Positions 39,883 to 49,609 of a DNA stretch of 64,000 nucleotides are shown here, one piece after another. The stretch lies in the NCBI GenBank assembly GCA_021828195.1, contig JAKASQ010000002.1, positions 344,292-408,291 on the forward strand, in the 5' to 3' direction. Under the pieces are notes generated by a model that saw nothing but the letters and a program-made list of their open reading frames with translations, did no database searches and had not been told where the DNA came from. Position numbers and translations under genes: made by a program. Each line of letters starts with the position of its first letter. The first letter of the stretch is position 1. The stretch comes from Thermoplasmata archaeon (lineage in GTDB: Archaea; Thermoplasmatota; Thermoplasmata; Lutacidiplasmatales; UBA184).

Positions 39883-41198
39883 TCCTCGCCTCGGGTCTGA
39901 TGGCGCGCGACGAACTCTCCGACCCGATCGAGCCGCAACAGCGATCTCACATCGTCCGGGCTTGACGCGTGGCCGAGCGCCCACAACAGCTTGACGTAGG
40001 CCGTCTCGGGAAGGAGGTCGTCCAGGAAGAGCACTCCCGCTCGATGCAGTTCGCGGCCCGTCGCATACACGAAGGGATCCGCGATCCCCTCCAGGCACTG
40101 TGTCGTCATCGCGACGACGACCCCCGCCTCGGTCGCCCGCCGGATCCAATCGACGTGGGCCGAAGCGACGTGGCCGAGCCCCGTTCCTGCGAGGACGATC
40201 CCCCGCGCGCCCCGCACGAACGCCTCGGCGAGCTCCGGCGTCAAGCCGGGGTAGTACCAGAGGAGCCGGCCCGAGAGATCGAGCGGCCCGTCGAAGCGTG
40301 CTCCGTGCGGGCTGGGGGGTCGAACGCGCACATCGAGACGGATCTCGGCGCCCTCGACCACGCCGAGGGGAGGGGCGTTTCGACTCTGGAAGGCGTCCCG
40401 GCGGCTCGAGTGCATCTTGCGCACGTGCGTGCCCCGATGGATGGCAAAGCGTGTGTCGGAGAGCCCCGCGTGCATCACCACCACGACCTCCCCGATCCGG
40501 CGGTCGCGTGCCACGCGGGCGGCCGCCTGCAGGTTGGAGGTGCCGTCCGACGAAGGCCGGTCCGGCGATCGCTGGGCACCCACGACCACCACCGGCCCCG
40601 GAAGCTCGGGAAGGAGGAAGGACAGAGCCGCGGCCGTGAAACCGAGCGTATCCGTTCCGTGGGCGATCACGATCCCCCGCGCCCCCTCCCGGAATGTCAG
40701 GGCGACCCGCTCCGCGAGGATCGACCAGTCGTGGGGAGCGATGTTCTCGCTGAGGCGATCGAACACCGGGACCACCCGGACTGCGCCTTCCGAAAGCAGG
40801 TCCGGATAGAAGTCGAGGATCTCGCCCTCGCCGCGGACCGGGCGGACCCCGCCGGTCTCGTAGTCGATCCGGGAGGCGATGGTGCCGCCGGTCGTCAACA
40901 GGGCGATGTGGTCCCCCGGGTGCGCCACGGAGTTCGAGCCCGTCGCGGCGCGCTCGTCCGCCGGAGCCGAGGGCGGCGGCGCCGGGGAGATCCGGAAGGT
41001 GAAGTCCGTTCCGATCCGTATGCCGACGTTGTACCCGCTCTCCAGTTTGAGCTGTAGGATCCGATCTCCGGAGAGTTCGTGAGATGGAACGATGGTACCC
41101 GTCCAGTCGGCTCCCGCCGGATCGTGTAGCTCGACTCGCTGACCCATGGGGAGGGTCCGTAGTGTCTCCCAGGGGTCCTTCGCGGTAGGTGGACTCAT
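39879..41198 (-). CDS. gatD: Glu-tRNA(Gln) amidotransferase subunit D
   Basis: LKLESGYNVG, TGGTIASRIDY, HGTDT, QRSPDRPSSD, KMHSSRRDAF. Confidence 0.97.
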   Translation of the reverse strand: MSPPTAKDPWETLRTLPMGQRVELHDPAGADWTGTIVPSHELSGDRILQLKLESGYNVGIRIGTDFTFRISPAPPPSAPADERAATGSNSVAHPGDHIALLTTGGTIASRIDYETGGVRPVRGEGEILDFYPDLLSEGAVRVVPVFDRLSENIAPHDWSILAERVALTFREGARGIVIAHGTDTLGFTAAALSFLLPELPGPVVVVGAQRSPDRPSSDGTSNLQAAARVARDRRIGEVVVVMHAGLSDTRFAIHRGTHVRKMHSSRRDAFQSRNAPPLGVVEGAEIRLDVRVRPPSPHGARFDGPLDLSGRLLWYYPGLTPELAEAFVRGARGIVLAGTGLGHVASAHVDWIRRATEAGVVVAMTTQCLEGIADPFVYATGRELHRAGVLFLDDLLPETAYVKLLWALGHASSPDDVRSLLRLDRVGEFVARHQTRGEE

Positions 41199-41329
41199 CG
41201 GTCGAAGGACTCCCGTTCCTCCCATCGCAGCGTTCCGCGTTATAAATTGTGGCGCGGCGGGCGCGATCGCCGAGACCGTGCTTTTATACACTCCTCCGCT
41301 CGCGCGCCTCGGTACGAACGACCACGAAT

Positions 41330-41436
41330 GCCCGTGTGGGGTAGCTTCGGGAGCGGGGGTTCCCCCCGTCCTGCTACATTGGATATCCTAGAGGCCTGCG
41401 GAGCCTCAGACCTGGGTTCGAATCCCAGCACGGGCG
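41330..41436 (+). tRNA. tRNA-Arg(GCG) with a 33-nt D-loop intron (41347-41379)
   Basis: Acceptor stem GCCCGTG/CACGGGC; anticodon arm GAGGC-CTGCGGA-GCCTC; T-arm CTGGG-TTCGAAT-CCCAG; BHB-type helix GTAG/CTAC. Confidence 0.93.
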
Positions 41437-41851
41437 TTCCCTCTGAAGGGGAGAGCCCACTTGGGGTCGGCACGGTTCGATGGGGACTTCGCGGAGGGCC
41501 CGACTGTCGGTCTCGCGGCCCCGCTTCGGCAACGGTCGACGGTCGTCTTTCCTCGGTGGGGCCAGCCGCGGCGTCGGGGACTGTAACGGTGTCCGGCCCA
41601 TCGGGGACGGTCGTCGTGACGTTCGCGATCAGTGCGTCGCCGTCGCGGCGCTCGGCCGCATAGCGTGTCACGGATCGGAAGGAGCGACGTTGGGAGCCCG
41701 AGCGACGTTCGATTGGCGACGGGCGTGGGCCCGGGGTGGGACGCACCCACCACCTCCCGCTCGCTCCGCCCCCGGGGTGCGAGCGCGCTCGCGCCGCGGG
41801 GACGGATGGACCCCGTAGCGGCGAACGACTCCGTCCACGGGCCCGGCGGGC

Positions 41852-44521
41852 CTAGCGCGCGAACCGGTGGGTCATCACGTACGGCAGCACGCCGCCGGCG
41901 AGGTAGTACTCGAGCTCGATCGGGGAGTGGATAGCGCATTCGAGTGTCGCGGAGATCGGCGGATCCGGCTCGCGCAGGGCTTCCAGCGTGATCGCCCCCC
42001 GAGGCGAGAGCTCCCCGCCGGAGGCGACGCTCAGGCGGAACGACTCACGACCGGTCAGGCCGAGCGCCTTCCAGCCCTGGCCCGGGGCGAAGCGCAGCGG
42101 GAGGACGCCCATCTCGATCAGATTGGTCCGGTGGATCCGCTCGAAGCTCTCCGCGGCCACGGCGCCGATCCCGAGCAGGCGAGGCCCCTTCGCGGCCCAA
42201 TCCCGAGAGCTTCCCTGGCCGTAGCTCTTGCCCGCCAGCACGATGAGCGGGACGCCTTCGGTGCGGTACCGCTCGGCCGCATCGTAAACGGAGAGCACGT
42301 CGCCCTCGGGGAGGTGTGCGGTCCAGCCTCCCTCCTTCGGTGCCAGGAGCTGGTTCTTCAGACGAACATTCGCGAACGTCCCTCTCACCATCACCTCGTG
42401 GTCCCCCCGGCGCGTGCCGTAGGTGTTGAATTGAGACGCCGGAACCCCGTGGGCGAGCAGGTACCGGCCCGCGGGAGTGCTCTCGGGAAACGCGCCGGCC
42501 GGAGAGATGTGGTCCGTCGAGATCTGGTCGCCGAAGGTCAGGAGCGCCCGGGCCCCCTCGGCGAGGACCCCGCGCTGGGGGATCCACGGGGGAGGCAGGT
42601 GGAGGTACGGTGCGGCCTGGAGGTAGGTCGAAGCGGGATCCCAGGCATACAGGTCCCCCTTCGGTGGATCGAGGGACTCCCAATGCAGGTCTCCGACCTC
42701 GATCGCCCGATACTTCTCGCGGAAGATCTCCGGGTTGAGATCGGCCTCCACGAGGCGGCGGATCTCGGCCGCGGTCGGCCACAGGTCCCTCAGCCGGACC
42801 GGAGCGCCGTCGGGGCCCTTCCCGATCGGGTCGCGGGTGAGGTCGATGTCCATCCGTCCGGCGAGGGCGTAGGCCACGACGAGCATCGGAGAGGCGAGGT
42901 AGTTCGCCCGGACCTGGTTGTGGATCCGCGCTTCGAAGTTCCGGTTCCCGCTGAGCACGGCCGCGACGTAGCGATCGTGCTCCGCGACGTCCTTCGCGAC
43001 GTCCGGAGGCAGCGGGCCGGAATTGCCGATGCAGGTCGTGCAGCCAAAGCCGACGAGTCCGAAGCCGAGTTCGGTGAGCGGCTGGAGCAACCCGGCGCGC
43101 TGGAGATAGTCGGTGACGACCTTCGAACCCGGCGCGAGCGAGGTCTTCACGTACGGCGGCACCCGCAGCCCGAGGGCGAGCGCCCGTTGGGCGATGAGCC
43201 CGGCACCGAACATGACGGAGGGATTGGAGGTGTTCGTACAGCTCGTGATCGCCGCGATCACGATCGAGCCGTCGGGCGTGACCGGGGCGCCGTTCGGCAC
43301 GGCCGGCTTGATCTTCCGGTAGGCCGCGAGCGATCGGGCGAATCCCGCGGGGGCATCGGAGAGGGCCATCGATTCCTGCGGGTTGCCCGGACCGGAGATC
43401 GTGGGGACGATCGTCCCGAGATCGATCGTCAGGACATCGTCGAACTCGAGCTCGCCCCGGAGCTTCGTGCCCCAGAGCTCCTGGAGCTTCGCATACGCTT
43501 CGACCCGGGCGACCGCCTTCGCGTCGCGTCCGGTGCCGTGCAGGTAGGCGATCGTGGCCTCGTCGATCGGGAAGAAGGCGGCTGTCGCCCCGTACTCCGG
43601 GCACATGTTGGAGATGGTCGCCCGGTCCGGGACGGCGAGTCGGGAGACCCCGGGGCCGAAGAACTCCACGAACTGATCGACCACGCCGCGCTCGCGCAGA
43701 CGACGGGTGATCGTCAGCGTCAGATCCATCGCGGTCGCCCCTTCCGGCATCGAACCGATCAGTTCGACTCCGACGACGATCGGATCGGCAAGGAAGTACG
43801 GCTCGCCGAGCATGACCGCCTCCGCCTCGATCCCTCCCACTCCCCATCCGAGGACCGACACGCCGTTGACCATCGTGGTGTGCGAATCCGTTCCGATCAG
43901 CGTGTCCGGGAAGGCCACCGAGTTTCCCGCGATCTCCTGCCGCTGGACGACCGAGGCGAGGTACTCGAGGTTCACCTGGTGGCAGATGCCGTTGCCCGGC
44001 GGCACGATCCGGGTGTTCGAGAACGCACCCCTCGCCCAGCCAAGGAAGCGGTACCGCTCCCCGTTGCGCTCGTACTCGTGATCGAGATTGATCGTGAGCG
44101 ATTGGGGCGTCCCGAAGCTGTCGACCTGGACCGAGTGGTCGACGATGAGGTCGACCGGCACGACCGGATTGATCCGTTTCGGGTCGAGCCCGCGCTCGGC
44201 CGCATCGTTGCGCAGGGTGGCGAGGTCCACGAGCGTGGGGATCCCCGTGAAGTCTTGCAGCAGGACCCTCGCCGGATGGAACGGGATCTCGACCGTCGGG
44301 GGGATGTCGCGACCCTCGGCGAGTGCGCGGACGGTCTCCGGGTCCACGCGCGCCGGGTCGAACCGACGCACGAGGTTCTCCAGAAGGATCCGAACGGTCC
44401 GGGGACGCCGGGCGAGCTTGGAGTGGTCGATCCCCGAGAGGCGGTCGAGACGGTAGACGAACGAATCTTCTCCGGCCAGAAAGACGGACTCGAGGACACC
44501 GAGGGGATCCGCGGGCTTCAT
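41852..44521 (-). CDS. acnA: Aconitate hydratase A
   Basis: QDFTG, DHSVQVD, GTDSHT, TSCTNTSNP, GCTTCIGNSG, GNRNFE, GSSRDWAAKG. Confidence 0.97.
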   Translation of the reverse strand: MKPADPLGVLESVFLAGEDSFVYRLDRLSGIDHSKLARRPRTVRILLENLVRRFDPARVDPETVRALAEGRDIPPTVEIPFHPARVLLQDFTGIPTLVDLATLRNDAAERGLDPKRINPVVPVDLIVDHSVQVDSFGTPQSLTINLDHEYERNGERYRFLGWARGAFSNTRIVPPGNGICHQVNLEYLASVVQRQEIAGNSVAFPDTLIGTDSHTTMVNGVSVLGWGVGGIEAEAVMLGEPYFLADPIVVGVELIGSMPEGATAMDLTLTITRRLRERGVVDQFVEFFGPGVSRLAVPDRATISNMCPEYGATAAFFPIDEATIAYLHGTGRDAKAVARVEAYAKLQELWGTKLRGELEFDDVLTIDLGTIVPTISGPGNPQESMALSDAPAGFARSLAAYRKIKPAVPNGAPVTPDGSIVIAAITSCTNTSNPSVMFGAGLIAQRALALGLRVPPYVKTSLAPGSKVVTDYLQRAGLLQPLTELGFGLVGFGCTTCIGNSGPLPPDVAKDVAEHDRYVAAVLSGNRNFEARIHNQVRANYLASPMLVVAYALAGRMDIDLTRDPIGKGPDGAPVRLRDLWPTAAEIRRLVEADLNPEIFREKYRAIEVGDLHWESLDPPKGDLYAWDPASTYLQAAPYLHLPPPWIPQRGVLAEGARALLTFGDQISTDHISPAGAFPESTPAGRYLLAHGVPASQFNTYGTRRGDHEVMVRGTFANVRLKNQLLAPKEGGWTAHLPEGDVLSVYDAAERYRTEGVPLIVLAGKSYGQGSSRDWAAKGPRLLGIGAVAAESFERIHRTNLIEMGVLPLRFAPGQGWKALGLTGRESFRLSVASGGELSPRGAITLEALREPDPPISATLECAIHSPIELEYYLAGGVLPYVMTHRFAR

Positions 44522-44602
44522 GGTCCGTAGAGTGCGCGACCCTTCTTGGGCTCTGCGGTGCGTGATCCACCTCCTTGCCCGAGCGGCTGCCCGGGCCGAC
44601 GG

Positions 44603-45586
44603 TCACCGGGAGAAGCGGAGCGAGCGCTCCCAGCTCAGCGCGAGGTGCTCTCCCGGACGGGGCCGTGCCGCATGGCGATCCAGCTCGACCTCGAGCCGCT
44701 CTCCGCTCGCGCACTGCACGACCACGAGCGAGCCACGACCCGTGAACCCCACGGCGAGAACGTCGACCGGGAGGCCCACCGAACCGATCGGGTCGAGCCG
44801 CGCGTCTTGGGGTCGGAACGCCATCCAGCCCGGACCCTCCGGCAGGAGGTTGTACCCCAGGAAGCGGGCCGTGCCGACGTCCAGCGGCGCGTCGTACACG
44901 GTCGCCGGTGCGCCGATGGCGCGCAGTCGACCCTCGAGCAGGATGGCGACCCGATCTCCGAGGAAGAGGCCCTCCTCCCGATCGTGGGTGACGTGGACGG
45001 CCGCGATCCCCCGCTCCGCGAGCACGTGACGGAACTCCCCCCGCAGGCCGGCCCGGACCCCGGCATCGATCGCCGCGAACGGCTCGTCGAGCAGCACGAC
45101 CCGGGGGTGGGCCGCGATCGTGCGGGCGAGCGCTACCCGTTGGCGCTCTCCTCCCGAGAGCGTCGCCGGATTGCGTTCCTCGAACCCCTGCATCCGGACG
45201 AGTTCGAGGGCCCGGCGGGCCTCGGTGTCCGTCTCGGAGAGCGAGCGCCCCTGAACGAGCGGGCCGTAGGCCACGTTCTCGTACACGGTCCGGCGCGGAA
45301 AGAGCGCCGCTTCCTGGAGCAGCAGCCCGATGCGTCGGCGGTGAACGGGCACATCGCGAAGATCCTTTCCGTCGAGCCGGACGGCGCCCCGAGCGGGGCG
45401 CTCCAACCCCACGATGGTCCGCAGCAGCGTGGTCTTTCCGCTTCCGTTCGGGCCCATCAGCGACAACAGCTCGCCTGGCGCGACCTCGAAGGATATCGAG
45501 TCCAGTACCGAGGTCCGACCGAGCGAGACCGAGAGATCCTCGACCTCGAGCACGGGAGGCTCAGAGCTCGGCACGGTTGCCTCCAT
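44603..45586 (-). CDS. Thiamine ABC transporter ATP-binding protein (ThiQ-like)
   Basis: GPNGSGKT, LSGGERQR, LLDEP, VTHD; last gene of the riboswitch-led operon. Confidence 0.85.
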   Translation of the reverse strand: MEATVPSSEPPVLEVEDLSVSLGRTSVLDSISFEVAPGELLSLMGPNGSGKTTLLRTIVGLERPARGAVRLDGKDLRDVPVHRRRIGLLLQEAALFPRRTVYENVAYGPLVQGRSLSETDTEARRALELVRMQGFEERNPATLSGGERQRVALARTIAAHPRVVLLDEPFAAIDAGVRAGLRGEFRHVLAERGIAAVHVTHDREEGLFLGDRVAILLEGRLRAIGAPATVYDAPLDVGTARFLGYNLLPEGPGWMAFRPQDARLDPIGSVGLPVDVLAVGFTGRGSLVVVQCASGERLEVELDRHAARPRPGEHLALSWERSLRFSR

Positions 45587-47210
45587 AGTTCACCGCCGCG
45601 AAGACGGCGAGGCTGACCAGGAGCAGCAGCCCTGCCGCCGCCTCCGCAAGCGGGAACTGGCGCAGGTCTTGGAGATCGTAGACCGCGACGCTCAGGGTCG
45701 CGAAGTTCGGAGTGACGAGGAAGTACGTCGCGGTGAACTCCCCGAGCCCCAAGGCGAAGGCGAAGAGCCCCGCCGTCAAGAGTCCGCGACGGACCTGGGG
45801 GAGATCGGTGTCGAGGTAGGCGATCCAGGCCGGGGCCCCGAGCACGCGTGCGGAGTCTCGAGCCGCGGGCGAGAGCCCGGCGAGAGGTATCTGGAGGCTC
45901 TGGAGGGCGAACGGGAGCGCCAGGATGGACTGGCTGACGATGATCAGGATCCACACGGTCGACTCCCCGCCGAGCACGGGCCGCCAGAACTCGGCCAGCG
46001 AGAACGCGAGAAGCACCGGCGAGATCAGGAGCGGGAGGAACAGGTACAGCGACAGGCCCGTAGCGAGCCGCGGCCGAGCTCCGAGCGCGTAGCCGGCCAG
46101 GATCCCGAGGAGCAGCACGATCGTCGCCGCGACCGCCGCGAAGAACAGGGTGTTGGCGAGGACTTGGACCAGTGGGATCCCGAGAAGGTGGGTCGCGGCG
46201 GGACCGAACAGTTCCGCCCACGGAGCGCCGAACGTCCCTCCGCCCGGGGGGCTCAACGAACGGTAGAGCACCGTCCCGAGGAAGAACGCGACCGCTCCCA
46301 GAAGGGCGATCGTCTCCGCGGCGAGCGCGTAGGCGAGGGGCGAGCGGACGCGTCCCGGGCGCGGTCGGGTCCGGACCGACGAGCTCGACGAGCGGAGCCG
46401 GTGAAGGAGCACGAGGTAGATTGCCGTCGGGATCACGAGGAAGAGGAAGAGCGCGAGGGCGAGGAGAGCCGCACCGGTCGGATCGAACCCGTACTGGTCG
46501 AGGTACCAGATCCGGGCCTCGACCGTGTAGCATCGCGCTCCGCACAGGACGAGTGGGGTCGCGAAGGCGACCGCGCTGAACAGGAATGTCAGGAATCCAC
46601 CGGCCGCCGCCCCGAGCCAGGATCCCGGGCCCCAGACGTCTCGATACGCGCGCGCCGGACCGCCCCCGAGGGTCGCCGCCGTTTCCTCCAGCTCCGAGGA
46701 GGCGCTCTCGCATCCGAGCGCCGTGAACAAGATCACGATCGGGACGTTGAACAAGAGGTTCGCTGCGACGATCGCCGGAAGGCCGTGGCCCAGGACCCCG
46801 AGGGCCGGTATCGCGCTCGATACGGTGCCGGACGGACCGAAGAGATCGAGCATGCCGAGCACGACCACGATCGAGGGGAGGAGGAACGGGACGAGCAGGA
46901 AGGCGCGGACGGCGGAGCGACCGGGCCAGGTGTAGCGGCCCAGGAACACGCCGGCCGGATAGCCGATGGGTACGGCGAGCACGGCGCTCAGGCTTCCCTG
47001 CTCCAGCGAGTTCTCGAACGCCTGCCGATTCAGCGGGGATTGCGTGAGCGCGTCGATCCAGCCGGCGCCGCCTCCGGCCCAGAGCCCCTGACCGAACAGC
47101 AGGGCCACCGGGAGGAGCGCGAAGAGGAGGACGTAACCGATGATCGGGAGAACCGGCCACGCCCCCCGATCACCTACGGCGGAGCGTACTGGTTCGCCAG
47201 GGTCTGCCAT
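45561..47210 (-). CDS. Thiamine ABC transporter permease (ThiP-like)
   Basis: Two permease repeats with EAA-like loops (LEETAATLG, ARDSARVLG); start uncertain. Confidence 0.85.
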   Translation of the reverse strand: MADPGEPVRSAVGDRGAWPVLPIIGYVLLFALLPVALLFGQGLWAGGGAGWIDALTQSPLNRQAFENSLEQGSLSAVLAVPIGYPAGVFLGRYTWPGRSAVRAFLLVPFLLPSIVVVLGMLDLFGPSGTVSSAIPALGVLGHGLPAIVAANLLFNVPIVILFTALGCESASSELEETAATLGGGPARAYRDVWGPGSWLGAAAGGFLTFLFSAVAFATPLVLCGARCYTVEARIWYLDQYGFDPTGAALLALALFLFLVIPTAIYLVLLHRLRSSSSSVRTRPRPGRVRSPLAYALAAETIALLGAVAFFLGTVLYRSLSPPGGGTFGAPWAELFGPAATHLLGIPLVQVLANTLFFAAVAATIVLLLGILAGYALGARPRLATGLSLYLFLPLLISPVLLAFSLAEFWRPVLGGESTVWILIIVSQSILALPFALQSLQIPLAGLSPAARDSARVLGAPAWIAYLDTDLPQVRRGLLTAGLFAFALGLGEFTATYFLVTPNFATLSVAVYDLQDLRQFPLAEAAAGLLLLVSLAVFAAVNYGGNRAEL

Positions 47211-48334
47211 TCGTTCTGCCAGTTCGTGATGTTCGCGGCGAGTGCGGAGGGGGTCGTGTACTCGTTGAGCGGCACGATCGAGTTCGGGTCGATCAGTCCG
47301 CGGTACTCGGAGGGGAGCGGGACCGTCCGGTTCGCCGGGTACTCCCACTCATTGAGCGGGATCTCGTTCTGGACCGTCCCGTTCAGGAACCAGTTGATGA
47401 ACTGCTCGTCGAGGGAGAGGTGCTGCGTCCCGGCGACGATCCCGATCCCGTAGATGGTCTGCCAACCGTAGAGCGTGTGGTTCCAGCTCGTCACGGTCGT
47501 GTTGAACGCCCCGAGGCCGGGGTTGTCGATCGCGTAGGCCGGGTCGGTCGTGTAGCTGACGACCGCGAGCGGATTTCCCGGAGGAGAGGTGAACTCGTTG
47601 AACGCGGTCGACCAGTCGGGCGCGCTGGGAGCGTACGGAAGGACCTGCTGCCAGAAGTTCTGCCAGCTCTCGTGCAGGATCGCGGAGTAGAACTCGATCT
47701 CCCATGCCAGGAACTCCTCCCCCGTGATGTCGGTCGTGGGGTTCTCGTAGAGGAGCTGACGCGCCCACGTGGAGTTCTGCGAGAAGTTCAGGAACGAGGA
47801 GTTCGCGACGGCGCCGTCCGTGATCGTACGGAACGACGCATTGTAGTCGATGCCGAGATAGCCGTATTCGTACGGGGTGACGGCGTGATCCGGGCTCAGG
47901 TCCCGGACCAACGAGGCCGGCACGGTCGCGAGCGCGGGGGAAACGTACGGGACGAGCAGCCCCTGGCTCTCGGCTTGGCTCGCGGTGATCTCGTCCAGCC
48001 CGATCACGAGGTCCGCTCCGGGCGAGTTCTTCTGCGCGAGCAGCGTGCTCGCCAGGTCTCCGGAAGGACACTCGACCTGGATGCGGACGTGATGCGCCGT
48101 CGCGAAGGTTCCAAAGACCTTCGAGAACGCGGGGGCGCCGCACGTACCGCCGAAGAGGCTCGAATACGTGTAGATCATCAAGGTCGGCGTCGGGGCGAAG
48201 TAGTACTGCGTGAGGCCGATGCCGGCGACGACGACGACCACCGAGACCGCCGCGATCAGGATGATCGTGCTCGCGCGGCCCGGGCGGCGCAATCGCCGCG
48301 GCGACGCGGCCGCGTTCGATGGTGCGCTACTCAT
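47174..48334 (-). CDS. thiB: Thiamine ABC transporter substrate-binding protein
   Basis: N-terminal TM anchor, IYTYSS, ADLVIGLD, DWSTA, VSYTTDPAY, QNEIP.NEW.YP; preceded by a TPP riboswitch. Confidence 0.88.
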   Translation of the reverse strand: MSSAPSNAAASPRRLRRPGRASTIILIAAVSVVVVVAGIGLTQYYFAPTPTLMIYTYSSLFGGTCGAPAFSKVFGTFATAHHVRIQVECPSGDLASTLLAQKNSPGADLVIGLDEITASQAESQGLLVPYVSPALATVPASLVRDLSPDHAVTPYEYGYLGIDYNASFRTITDGAVANSSFLNFSQNSTWARQLLYENPTTDITGEEFLAWEIEFYSAILHESWQNFWQQVLPYAPSAPDWSTAFNEFTSPPGNPLAVVSYTTDPAYAIDNPGLGAFNTTVTSWNHTLYGWQTIYGIGIVAGTQHLSLDEQFINWFLNGTVQNEIPLNEWEYPANRTVPLPSEYRGLIDPNSIVPLNEYTTPSALAANITNWQNEWQTLANQYAPP

Positions 48335-48375
48335 TCCTCCGGCGAACCGGCGGAGAGGATGGTCACTTCGTCCAT

Positions 48376-48466
48376 CGCGTTCCCTTCGCGGGCATTATCC
48401 CGTGCAGGTTCCTGGGGTCGACGAGGCGTGCTCGTCCTCTCAGCCGGTTCACAGCTCCCCCTGCGA
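48376..48466 (-). promoter_or_regulatory. TPP riboswitch
   Basis: Minus strand reads GGGGAGC...GGCTGAGA...GACCC..GAACCTG...GGATAATGCC.GCGAAGGGAA, about 40 nt upstream of thiB. Confidence 0.92.
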
Positions 48467-48637
48467 GGAAGACCATCCCGCCCGCGGCATTAACGTTTGC
48501 AGACCCGCCGGTTCGCGTGCGGGTCGAGGGAGGGCTCGGAGCTTCCCGGCCTCCTCAGCGACCGACGAGGGCCGGCGGCGTGCCGGTCTAGCGTGATATA
48601 CCCCTCGCGAGTCTATGCGGTAGAGGAGCGTCGCGCG

Positions 48638-49579
48638 ATGGTCGAGTCGATGGACCAGCTTCGGTTCGGCACGGAGCTCGTCAAGCGCGGCTTTGCCCGC
48701 ATGCAGCAGGGCGGCGTCATCATGGACGTCACCAACGCGGAACAAGCCGCGCTCGCAGAGGTGGCCGGGGCCGTCGCGGTGATGGCGCTGGAGCGGGTCC
48801 CCGCGGACATCCGGGCCATGGGCGGTGTCGCCCGCATGGCCGACCCGCTCAAGGTGCGTGAGATCCAAGCTCGCGTCACGATTCCCGTGATGGCCAAGTG
48901 CCGCATCGGTCACACCTCCGAGGCCCGGATCCTGGAATCGCTCGGAGTCGACATGGTGGACGAGTCCGAGGTCCTCACACCGGCCGATCCCTTCTACCAC
49001 GTCGACAAGAAGGCGTTCCAGGTACCGTTCGTCTGCGGCGCCCGAAACCTCGGGGAAGCGCTTCGCCGCATCGATGAGGGCGCGGCGATGATCCGCACGA
49101 AAGGCGAGGCCGGAACGGGCAACGTGATCGAGGCCGTCCGCCACATTCACCAGATCCGCTCGGAGATCGCCCTCGTCCGCAAGATGACCAAGAAGAACGC
49201 CGCGCTCTGGGCCCGGAAGGCCCGGGTGCTGCCCTCGACCGTGGAAGAGGTCCGTGCGCTCGGGCGCCTGCCCGTCGTCAACTTCGCCGCCGGAGGGATC
49301 GCGACTCCGGCAGATGCCGCCCTCTGTCGGCTCCTCGGGGTCGACGGGATCTTCGTGGGGAGCGGGATCTTCAAGTCCCAGCACCCGGAGAAGGTCGCGC
49401 GCGCGGTGGTAGAGGCCTCGCTACACTTCGATCAGCCCGAGGTGCTCGCCCGCGTCTCGGAAGGGCTCGGGGAACCGATGAAGGGCCTCGATCTCGCGGG
49501 CGTGCCGGACTCCGAGATGCTCCAAGTGCGCGAGTCGCAACCGGCCGCGCCCCCGCGCCCCGGTGTCACCGAGGCCTAG
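48638..49579 (+). CDS. pdxS: Pyridoxal 5'-phosphate synthase subunit PdxS
   Basis: [43 protein letters not shown]. Confidence 0.97.
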   Translation: MVESMDQLRFGTELVKRGFARMQQGGVIMDVTNAEQAALAEVAGAVAVMALERVPADIRAMGGVARMADPLKVREIQARVTIPVMAKCRIGHTSEARILESLGVDMVDESEVLTPADPFYHVDKKAFQVPFVCGARNLGEALRRIDEGAAMIRTKGEAGTGNVIEAVRHIHQIRSEIALVRKMTKKNAALWARKARVLPSTVEEVRALGRLPVVNFAAGGIATPADAALCRLLGVDGIFVGSGIFKSQHPEKVARAVVEASLHFDQPEVLARVSEGLGEPMKGLDLAGVPDSEMLQVRESQPAAPPRPGVTEA

Positions 49580-49609
49580 CCGGTCCATTCGACCGCGCCC
49601 TTTACCTAA

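Noticed and set aside
41440-41700. Possible surface-protein fragment (SGTVTVSGPSGTVVVTF) after tRNA-Arg
   Set aside because: Too short and without a credible start.
41867-44714. Very long alternative-frame ORFs over acnA (887 and 889 aa), and similar ones at 21578-24163, 34811-36730 and 61797-63983
   Set aside because: These are antisense or shifted-frame shadows of well-supported genes. They are R/G/P-rich, lack family motifs and are expected at this GC content.
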